Made by a program: the position numbers and the translations under genes. A stretch of DNA of 54,199 nucleotides, from positions 10,621,172 through 10,675,370 of the forward strand of contig NC_069002.1 in NCBI RefSeq assembly GCF_001194135.2. The letters are read 5' to 3'. Source of the DNA: Octopus bimaculoides. Lineage: Eukaryota. Below, piece by piece: positions 13,441 through 23,177 of the stretch; position 1 is the stretch's first letter, and every line of letters begins with the position of its first letter. Below the pieces are notes generated by a model. That model made no database searches and was not told where the DNA came from. It was given only the letters and a program-made list of their open reading frames with translations.

Positions 13441-13864
13441 TGTGTTAAATATGAGTGTTATGATCCTCACAAAGTGGATAACAATAATTTGAATTGAAGA
13501 AAAGAGCAGTCAAATTAATGTTGAATGAACATCATTTATTTCGAATTACATACAAAAGTTTAAACAATTCGGGCAACCTCTTCATCAGGCATTGTAATCA
13601 CAATCAAGTTTTATATAAATTCCTCAATATATATGGATGTTTGATAAATATATTTGATGCCTCAGTCTCCATGTCTGTGTCTATCTCTCCCACCCTCTCT
13701 CTTTCTCCTCTCTCTCATCCTCTCTTTGTCTCTCTTTCATATCTTCCTCTCCTCGTCCTTTCCTCTTTCTCTGTCCGTCTATCCGCTGTCCCTTTCTCGA
13801 TGCTTTCTCCCTTCCCACCCAGTTCCATTGACCAATTGACCAACCTTTCTCTTATCTCTGACAG

Positions 13865-13954
13865 AGTGGCTAGCCCAGAATGGATATCTGGACAAGATAT
13901 GGTATTTGAAAGTCCACATCCTCAGTTAAACAGTCGCTCTAGGAAGACACTCAG
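13865..13954 (+). CDS. Upstream exon of the same gene; probable start ATG at 13899 (MVFESPHPQLNSRSRKTL-S...)
   Basis: Acceptor cctttctcttatctctgacag| and donor CAG|gtgaga. The only open frame ends in phase 2 (AG|), which joins T|ATT of 19139 to give Ser in frame. ATG context GATATGG. Confidence 0.7.
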
Positions 13955-14409
13955 GTGAGATAGGCACAGACGAGGAGGTGATGTTGTCATATCTCTCTCT
14001 TTCTATCTCTCTCTCCTTCTATCTCTCTCTCTCTGTTTTTCTGTCTCTTCTCTTATAATTACATTTCCTTTGACTCTGTCTGTTTGCCTGCCTGTTTGTC
14101 TGTCTGTCTCTTGTCTTTATTTTTTCATCTCTACTCTTTTTCTTTTCCTTTCTCCTATTCTTCAACTGTTTCTTGCTTTGAAATGAAACCCTGGTTGCTT
14201 GTCTCAAATTGTGACTGATTCCTTTGTTGATGACGACGTCGACAACAACAAGGGCAATGGTGCTGCCCCTTCCAGTTTTCACCACCATTTCCAGTACTTA
14301 GATTTTGGTATTGTTTTGCATTCATCATCGGCATCAGCAGCAGCAATAAAATTTAGTTGGTTCCATTTTCTTCTTTTTCTCGTCAGCCAATTGACCAAAT
14401 AAAGATTCC

Positions 14410-14646
14410 CTTATTTACATTCGACAGATATTTGTCCCCATCTTGTTTGTTGTTAACACAATGTTTCGGCTGATGTACCCTCCAGCCTTCTTCAGGTGTC
14501 TTGGGGGAAATTTCGAACCTGGGTTCTCATTTCTAAGGTATTCTTCAATGTTGTTGTTATTATTATTGTTATTATTGTTCAGGTCACTGCTTGGTCGGAA
14601 TCTTGGGGTTAGTAGCCCACACTCTTAACCACTACCCCATATGCCC
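14410..14646 (-). mobile_element. tRNA-headed SINE-like element carrying a minimal hammerhead-like motif (14455-14500)
   Basis: Minus strand GGGCATATGGGGTAGTGGTTAAGAG head; GACAC-CTGAAGA-A-GGCTG(10)CAGCC-GAAA-CATT-GTGTT. Confidence 0.7.
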
Positions 14647-14764
14647 GTGAGCTTTTTTTTTTTTTTTTGAAGTCTAATGTCGGCTCCGTACCAATTAGAT
14701 AATACAGTTCTATATTTAAGAGATGAGGAATTATGTACATTATTTACATTCGTCGGATACCCAC

Positions 14765-14960
14765 GGGCAAATGGCGTAGTGGTTAAGAGCGTGGGCTTCT
14801 GAGTCCGATTCCAAGCAGTGACCTGAACAATAACATCGAAGAATACCTCAGGAATGAGAAGCCAGGTTCGAAATTTCCCCAAGACACCTGAAGAAGGCTG
14901 GAGGGTATATCAGCCGAAACGTTGTTAACAACAAACAAGATGAGGACAAATATCCGTCAA
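14765..14960 (+). mobile_element. Second, inverted copy of the tRNA-headed hammerhead-bearing element
   Basis: ATGGCGTAGTGGTTAAGAGCG head; GACAC-CTGAAGA-A-GGCTG(10)CAGCC-GAAA-CGTT-GTT at 14883-14926. Confidence 0.7.
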
Positions 14961-15482
14961 NNNNNNNNNNNNNNNNNNNNNNNNNNNNNNNNNNNNNNNN
15001 NNNNNNNNNNNNNNNNNNNNNNNNNNNNNNNNNNNNNNNNNNNNNNNNNNNNNNNNNNNNNNNNNNNNNNNNNNNNNNNNNNNNNNNNNNNNNNNNNNNN
15101 NNNNNNNNNNNNNNNNNNNNNNNNNNNNNNNNNNNNNNNNNNNNNNNNNNNNNNNNNNNNNNNNNNNNNNNNNNNNNNNNNNNNNNNNNNNNNNNNNNNN
15201 NNNNNNNNNNNNNNNNNNNNNNNNNNNNNNNNNNNNNNNNNNNNNNNNNNNNNNNNNNNNNNNNNNNNNNNNNNNNNNNNNNNNNNNNNNNNNNNNNNNN
15301 NNNNNNNNNNNNNNNNNNNNNNNNNNNNNNNNNNNNNNNNNNNNNNNNNNNNNNNNNNNNNNNNNNNNNNNNNNNNNNNNNNNNNNNNNNNNNNNNNNNN
15401 NNNNNNNNNNNNNNNNNNNNNNNNNNNNNNNNNNNNNNNNNNNNNNNNNNNNNNNNNNNNNNNNNNNNNNNNNNNNNNNNNN

Positions 15483-15690
15483 NTAATAGTAGCAGTAGTA
15501 ATAGTAATAATAGTAGTTGCAGTAGTAGTAGTAGTAATAGTAGTAGTAATAATAGTAGTAGTAATAATAGTAGTAATAGTAGTAGTAATAGTAGTAGTAA
15601 TAGTAGTAGTAGTAGTCGTAAAAGTAATAGTACAATAGTAGTAGTAAAAGTAGTGGTAGTGGTAGTAATAGTAAAAGTAGTAGTAGTAGT
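15483..15690. repeat. (TAG/TAA)n trinucleotide microsatellite bordering a gap
   Basis: Direct inspection. Confidence 0.95.
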
Positions 15691-15799
15691 AAAAGGCTGA
15701 CCAAAGCCTTGTGAGTGCATTTGGTAAATAGAAACTGAAAGAAGTCTATAATAAATATATATATATATATATATAGTACTAGGGGAAAAAAAACCCCCA

Positions 15800-17040
15800 A
15801 GGTTTATGAACTCATCGATGAAAATCCACTGTCACATATAGAAAACATTTATAGTTAAAAGTATAATATAACACAAAGCAAATATCATAAGATCAAGATA
15901 ATAAAATGACTACACGTGTTTCGTAACCAATTTTCAAATATAAAGAAATTTAAATCGATTAAAATCGATTAAAACTATCAAAAATCAATTCTATTCAAAA
16001 TTATAGCTAATCTTCAGGTCAAAATACAACAATAATAATAATAAATGAATGTATATATCAACCAACAATAAATAACAAATGAATGTATATAAAATACTTA
16101 TATATATAGATAGAAAAATATTATTGAAATATCAAAATAATAACCATTCCATAATTGATCCTACATCCATTATAAAATAATCTAATAAGTATATTATATA
16201 TAAAAACCAACTAAACAAATTTTTTCATTTAAAATGCAATTTGAACGAAGTTTAAGGTTAAAATAAAAAAGATATTATTTGCACATATTTAAATGATGCA
16301 ATAGTTTAAGCTAGGCTATTTATGATTAAAAACATTTATTTGTAATACGTCTAGTGAAAATATTCCGTATAGTATAGGAAATTAACATAAAAAGACTAGG
16401 TATTTATCACATAAAACAGTATTAATCGAAAATATTTTAACCTTAATCAAATCGAAGTCTTATATTAGGCTAAAATGGTACTCTAATTTCAAAATAATTT
16501 AGTGTTAAATGAGGTATCGATTAAAATTATCATTAAAAATCAATTGAATAATAAAAAAAAATACAAGAATATTTATACATTCCTAATAATAATATAACTT
16601 CGTAAACAAAGTAAACAATATACAAATCAAAATGTTATTATATTTCAAACTGAAACTTAGATGTAAAAGTCAAAATTCGAGGTTAATTAGAAATAAAAAT
16701 ATGAATGAAAGATTAAGCTTAATGAAAGATTAAGCTTAAGTCATAGTAAAAAACCCATTAACAATATTATAAACAAAGAAAAAGGTTAGTTATTTATATC
16801 ATAATATAGAATGAAATATTAAACAATATTAATCGAAAATATTACAAATCTAATCAAATCGAAGTCGTATTTCGGTTAAAATGATACTCTCACTTCTAAA
16901 TAATTTATTGTTAAAAAAGGTATTGATTAAAAATCAATTGAATAATATAAAAATACAACTTAATTTAATTTTAATTTTTAATAAATGGATTTTAATTGAG
17001 TTTTTACCTGTAATTTTGGATTTTATCCCTAATATTATTA
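15800..17040. repeat. Extremely AT-rich block with diverged internal repeats (~400-570-bp period)
   Basis: TTAATCGAAAATATT...AATCAAATCGAAGTC at about 16423 and 16829; ATCGATTAAAA...AAAAATCAATT at about 15955, 16517 and 16922. Confidence 0.6.
15907..16021 (-). ncRNA. Type I hammerhead-like motif with a long AT-rich helix II
   Basis: Minus strand TGAC-CTGAAGA-[TTAGCTATAATTTTGAATA...TATTTGAAAATTGGTTAC]-GAA-ACACGTGT-A-GTCA. Helix I TGAC/GTCA is perfect, helix III is palindromic, triplet GUA. Confidence 0.55.
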
Positions 17041-17224
17041 TTATAATATATATATATATATATACATACATACATTCAATCCAGGGCAATTTGTCTTGCC
17101 TAGTCTATGGTTTTCAGGGGTTTTAATGCCCAGCGTTATTAGGGAGTCTCCCTAAATGCTGTCCTGCAGTGAATTTGACGAATAAAGAAACCACATACAT
17201 AGTGTATATGTGATAGATAATGTT

Positions 17225-17600
17225 TTTTGCTTCCCAACCACATGGTTCCAGGTTCAGTCCCACTGCGTGGCACCTTGGGCAAGTGCCTTCTACTATATCC
17301 TCGGGCTGACCAAGGCTTTGTGAGCGGATTTGGTAGGCGGAAACTAAAAGAAGCCTGTCATATATATGTATGTATATATCTATGTGTGTGTGTGTCTTTG
17401 TGGCTACATTTGTCCTCCCTCCATCCTGGTTGACAACCGGTGTTGGTATGTTTATGTCCCCATAGCTTAGCAGTTCAGCAAAAGAAACCAAGAGAATAAG
17501 TACTAGGCTTAAAAATAAGTCCTAGGGTCAATATGTTTGATTAAAACCCTTTAAGCCACTGCTCCAGCATGGCCACAGTGAAATGACAAACAAGTAAAAG

Positions 17601-17661
<61 letters not shown>

Positions 17662-17910
17662 GTGTGTGTGTATTTGTCCCCAACAACTGCTTGACAACTG
17701 GTGTTGGTGTGTTTACGTCACCCCCCCCCCCCNNNNNNNNNNNNNNNNNNNNNNNNNNNNNNNNNNNNNNNNNNNNNNNNNNNNCCCCATAAAAGAGAAT
17801 GATAGAATAAATTCCAGGCTTTACAAAAATTAAGTTGGATTGATTTGCTTGACTAAAACTCTTCCAGGTAGTGCCCCAGCATGGCCGCAGTCTCATGACT
17901 GAAACAAGTA
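17225..17910 (+). mobile_element. SINE family A copy plus a second 3' fragment
   Basis: Family A consensus blocks. Confidence 0.75.
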
Positions 17911-18289
17911 AATGTTAAAATGTAAACACGAGTCGATATTCTGTAGATGAGGACTAATAGGCTGGAACTTGTCCACAGGTGTCCCTTGCCAACATACAAA
18001 CATGATGATGATGATAATGATGTTGAATACATAGGTGGTTGTCTGTGTTGTTATTGTTTGTTTTTTAATGTTAATTCCGATCTTTTCCTTTTGTTTTTTT
18101 TCTCCTCCATTTTTCTTATTTTTCTAACTTCCTTAGAGATTTAACTACAAACAAATATTGTTAATCTATTAATCTATTTGGAATGGTGAGCTGGGAGAAT
18201 CAGCACATCAGACAAAATGTTTAGTGGGTTTTTTTTGTTTTTGTCTGATTCATTCCATTTGGAGTTCCAATTCCACCAATGTTGACTTT

Positions 18290-18765
18290 TGAATACAGAA
18301 GTGATCAAAGACCTCCAGCTCCTGGAGTTCAGTAACACGAATTGGCCAATGTGTGTTGCTGTATCTCCAGAAGCTGGCGGCCTCCAATCGCTTCTGTATT
18401 TGTCTTCTCCTACTGCATATCGCATACCGTATTTTGAACTGATAACTTTACGCTCACCGCGGTTTCTCACTTCTTGAGGGAACGCTTCTGACAAGGAGAC
18501 TACAGTGGTTTGGTCATGCATTGTGGTGCCCTCATGATGAACTTGTCCAGAAGGCTGTAGCACCAGATCTTCCCCTCCCCGGGTTGGTGTAAGCAGATGA
18601 GGGTGGTCAGCTGAAAACGTGGCCCATGACAGTAAAAACTGATATGGAGCTTGTTGCCACTTTTCAAGTCTTTGGCGTTCATTGCTGGAACCAAGAATGG
18701 CCTCAACACACTGTAGAGTCAGTTGCCAATAGACATGCTGAGAGGGTCATGACCTGGAGTCAATT
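18290..18765 (+). mobile_element. Degenerate 3' end of an RTE-type LINE ORF (RT C-terminal region)
   Basis: Frameshifted + strand peptide ...LQKLAASNRFC...LLTRRLQWFGHALWCPHDELVQKA...GGQLKTW...FGVHCWNQEW, matching the RRLRWFGH / GGQxKTW motifs of RTE ORFs. Confidence 0.75.
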
Positions 18766-19138
18766 CAACTGGCATTTTACCAGCCACTGGGCCACCCACT
18801 GGGCCACCCACTGGAAAAATGTTTAGCCTTCTACTTTAAGTTTTGATCAGTAATATTCTTTTTCCTGATTTCACTTTATGAAACAGTGGCCATGCTGTGG
18901 CAACACCTTGTAAAGTGCAGTCAATTTCATCATCAGGCAAGCGTGTAATTTGAACTCCTGGATTCAAAATATGAAGAGGTGTAAGCCAATTGTCACACAG
19001 TATACGTATCTGATGCTCTACTCACTATCATTCGCCTGCTAATTTTTAAAATTTCTTTGTTCAGTTGTTTGTTTATTTCCAATATCTGTGTTACATAAAA
19101 AAATTAACAATGATATTTTTTTCTTTTTATTCTTGCAG

Positions 19139-22100
19139 TATTGCTGCCGTGACCCGTTCTTCAACGAAAACTTCTGTCGTCAAAGACAATTCCATTCCAG
19201 TCGCTGATTTTTACGCTGAATCGATATTTTCGCCACCGGGTGTCAAAACCCGACAACGCCGTCAATCAATGTATGTGCAAAAGCAAGTCCCAAATGTCTC
19301 GTTTTCAGTTACGAAACAGGACGTGACGTTCTCCGAAACAAGCTCGTTGACTTCTTCCAAGGTGACCAACGTCTCGAGTCGCACCATAACAACCGTCCAG
19401 CAGACAAAGTCATCTTCGCAGATGTCTGCTCTGGTTGGCAGTGACCAGGCGGTCGAAGGACTGGCAGGCGAGAAGGAGACAATCAGTGAAGAAATCAGCA
19501 ACATCATTAATAACCTTCGCGACTCAAATCGCAAGCGCAAGTCTGATGTGCAGTCACTGGAGACTTCTGACGTCAAAGAAAAAGTGCCAAAACCTTCAAA
19601 GACACTGGAAGAAGAGAAATTGTCTCTGGTTAGGAGTTTGTCGTTGAAGGAGAGGTCCAAAGAGAATGTTTCGACAGCGGGAAGCGAAGACATAACCAAA
19701 TTAGTTACTGTGGATATCGTTTCCGAAGAACTGGAAGCCGCTGCAGTAGAAGAAGAAGAGGTTCCGCCCGATATACAAGATAATTCCAGTAAAGCTAAGA
19801 AAAGCACACCACAGAAGAAGAAGCCTGGAAGAAAAAGCAAGTCTCCCGCTGCTAAAACAAAGACAACCAGGACACGGAAGACAAGTACTTCGAAGGCCAA
19901 AAACCAAGAAACCGATTCTGAAGAAGTAGCAACGGTTGAAGTGGTTGTAGATAGCAGCAGTACTACACCTGCAAGAAAGAAAAGGGGCGCGACGCCAGTA
20001 AAAGCAAAAGCGAGCAGTAAAGGGGCAAAGAGAAGTACCACTCCTAAAAGACAAGCAAGTGCACCAAGCAAGGAATTGGTTGTAGAAGCCATTGCTCCAG
20101 TCAAGAAAGAAAGGAGATCACGATCAGTGGGGCCGAAGAGTAAAAGAAAAGTAGATGAGGTGCCGGCAGACAAAGCAGACGAGGGTGCCGCTTCGGTTGA
20201 AACGAAAGAAACATCTAAAAAGGGCTCCCGTTCACGTAAAAGTACTCCTCAAGCTGAAGGGTCTCAAAAATCTTCTGTAAAAGGCTCACGTAAGAAATCG
20301 ACTTCAAGGAAATCAACTCCAGTGAGAAAGGCAACCCCTACGAAAAAGCGTACTCCGAGAAAGGCTACTCCGTCTAGAGAACGAAAGGCTACTCCCACAA
20401 GAAAGGCCACCCCCACGAGGAAGGCCACTCCCACAAAGAGTGCCACACCCACAAGAAAGACTGCTCCTGCTAAGAAAGCCACTGCATCTAGGGAAGCAAC
20501 TCCTGCCAGAAAAGCCGATACTCCTGTCAGAGAGGTTACTCCTGCTAGAAAATCTGCCACTCCACCCCGAGAAAGTACTCCTGCTAGAAAATCTGCCACT
20601 CCACCCCGAGAAAGTACTCCTGCAAGAAAGGCCACTCCTTCTAGAGAAGCAACTCCTGCTAGAAAGGGTACTCCTGCTAGAGAAGCAACTCCTGCTAGAA
20701 AGGCTACTGCTACTAGAAAGGGTACTCCTGCTAGAAAGGGTACTGATACTAGAAAGGGTACTCCTGCTAGAAAGGGTACTCCTACTAGAAAGGCCACACC
20801 TTCTCGAGAAACAAGCGTCGCGAGAAAATCGTCTCCAAAGAAGGTCACCCCTTCTAGGGAAGCTACACCTGCACGAAAGAGTACTGCTAGGAAAGCAACA
20901 CCTTCCCGAGAAACTGCTTCTAGAAAGGCAACTGCTAAAAAGGGTAGTCCCATTAGGCAGTCAACACCTTCGAGAAAAAGTACCCCTGTTAGACAGTCAA
21001 CACCTTCTAGGAGAGGATCTCCGGTCAAAGAGAAGACATTGCAACAGAAATCTAGTGGGAAGAAGTCACAGAAAACATCACGGTCTCGAAGCAAAACAAA
21101 GAGAGTCCACAAGCGTGCTTCTTCAAAGAAAGCCGGTAAGAAGAAAACAGTGCTGGCCACGCAGGAAAAAGAATCCTTGGCTACTGTTGGGGCTGATGAA
21201 AAAGCAGCAGCACCACCCCCACAAAAGACAACCACCAGTAGTAGCTCTTCTATGTCTACAATAATCACAGGTCTCTTTAAGCATTTCGCCCCAAGCCAGA
21301 AAAAGGCAAAAGTAGTTGAGTCCACCACCACAACAACGACAGTTGGTGGTTCCGTGGCTGCCGAGTCTGAAGTTAATACAGGGGAAGAGCCGAAAAGAAA
21401 GATACCAGAGGCAAGAAAACGTGCACTGATTTCTTCGCCTCTGGATTCCAGCACACCTGAGGTTCCCCAGGCTCCTAAAGCATCTTTCGTTAGCAGACTG
21501 AGAGATACAGCTTCAAGCCTGTCTCCATTTGCCTTGAGCAGGTCGTTCGAGTATAAGCGTGCTGTTGTGGCGTCGGCTAACAACAAAACTGTAGAGATTT
21601 CGCAGACGGTCACACATCCAGGAATGACCGCTGGCAAAGGATTAGATGAGACTGACCAGCCAACGTCAGCGGTACAACAGGTTGTTGAAATGAGCTCCAC
21701 TCATGCAACAGTTGAAGAGGATGAAAGCAAACAGAAGCAAGGGGAAAAAGTTGTCGACACACGAGAAACGTATTATGAGTCCCAGGAATCAGAAATTGAT
21801 GAGGGGTCGATCCTTGATAAGCTGGTTCATTATGAGTCACAACAGTCTGAGATAGAGGAGGTGGAAGCTGATAAGCAGAAACTTGTTCACTATGAGTCCC
21901 AGCATGACACTGAGGAAGAGTCCCAGGTTGAGACAGAAGATGACTCCCACGTTGAGATGGAGAATGAGGTGGAGGAAGAGTCACATGGTGTGGTGGCGAA
22001 AAAGACCCATGTTGAAGAAGCAGAAGAAGAAGAGGAAGAGTCATGTGATGTGGTGGGGAAAAGGACCTATGTTGAGGAAGAAGAGTCCCAGGTCGAGACA

Positions 22101-22943
22101 GAAGAAGAGTCACATGATGTGGTGAAGAAAAAGACCTATGTTGAGGAAGAAGAGTCCCAGGATGAGACAGAAGAAGAGTCACATGATGTGGTGGAGAAAA
22201 AGACCTATGTTGAGGAAGAAGAGTCCCAGGACGAGACAGAAGAGGAGTCACATGCAGTGGTCGAGAAAAAGACCTATGTTGAGGAAGAAGAGTCCCAGGA
22301 CGAGACAGAAGAGGAGTCACATGAAGTGGTGAAGAAAAAGACCTATGTTGAGGAAGAAGAGTCCCAGGACGAGACAGAAGAGGAATCACATGCAGTGGTG
22401 GAGAAAAAGACCTATGTTGAGGAAGAAGAGTCCCAGGTCGAGACAGAGAATGACTCCCAGGTGGAGTCTCAGGTTGAGTCCCAAATTGAAACAGAAGATG
22501 AATCCCTGCTTGAGATTGAAAACAAGACAGATGATGGTACTGCTGAAATATCCAATATCACTATGGATACAAGGGAGTTTGTTTCATCCGAAAGAAATGT
22601 AACCGTCCACTATGAGTCACAAGAGTCGGAATTGTTAACAGAGGAAGAAGATGATGGTTCCTGTGTGGTGAATGGTGTTGAAGAGGAAGGCAGTGAAGCC
22701 AAAGAAGGGGACGTAGGGAAAGGAAAAGAACATTATCTTGAACAGCATGTCGTTTGTGATTATGTCAAAGAACACCGTTTCACAGTCAACAACAAAGAGA
22801 CTGACGACTCCTCACAAGAGCCCATCCGATCGAAAGGTGAAGACGAAGAAGAAGAAGAGGAGGAGGAAGAAACAAGGGGAAGGGTGTTGACTAGAAGACA
22901 AGCGGCAGCTGCAGCAACGAAAGGGTCGTCGTTGAGAGCAAAG

Positions 22944-22975
<32 letters not shown>

Positions 22976-23177
22976 GACAAGGAAATCGATGCTGGGTAAG
23001 AGAGGCGCCGAGAAAGTACTAGAAGATACTCCCTACGACTTGGAGCCGCCAAAGAAGATCTTCACCGAGGTGATGGATGAGGATGAAACGATGGAGATGG
23101 CAGACAAGGACGAAGAGGCGAACGCCCTCTTTGACTCGTATTACTCTGGCTACGGACTACGCTGCACCATCCTCTGA
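19139..23177 (+). CDS. Large terminal coding exon of an uncharacterised low-complexity protein: Lys/Arg-rich TPxR/K repeat region, Glu-rich 23-aa repeat, C-terminal CaaX (CTIL)
   Basis: 4.1-kb open frame in otherwise repeat-only DNA. Strong acceptor ttttttctttttattcttgcag| at 19138 (phase 2, T|ATT GCT GCC), codon-preserving tandem repeats, stop TGA 23175-23177 followed by TAA. Confidence 0.9.
20310..21030 (+). repeat. Coding short-period repeat (mostly 18-21 nt) encoding ATPARK/GTPARK/STPSRK units
   Basis: Repeated ACTCCTGCTAGAAAG motif. Confidence 0.9.
21975..22445 (+). repeat. Coding 69-nt (23-aa) tandem repeat KKTYVEEEESQDETEEESHxVVE
   Basis: GACCTATG anchors at 22064, 22133, 22202, 22271, 22340 and 22409, plus a degenerate one at 22004. 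Confidence 0.95.

Noticed and set aside
13560-13600. Minus-strand CTGATGA-A-GAGGTTGCCC-GAAT
   Set aside because: The GAAA box is mutated and there is no helix I.
18174-18563. 129-aa minus-strand ORF
   Set aside because: It is antisense to a decayed RTE ORF whose motifs are on the + strand.
19065-19138. TTG-started N-terminus of the 1370-aa ORF
   Set aside because: It is intronic polypyrimidine tract upstream of a strong acceptor at 19138.
19262-22389. Long antisense and alternative-frame ORFs (303, 478, 274, 259 aa)
   Set aside because: They are shadows of the repetitive sense CDS.
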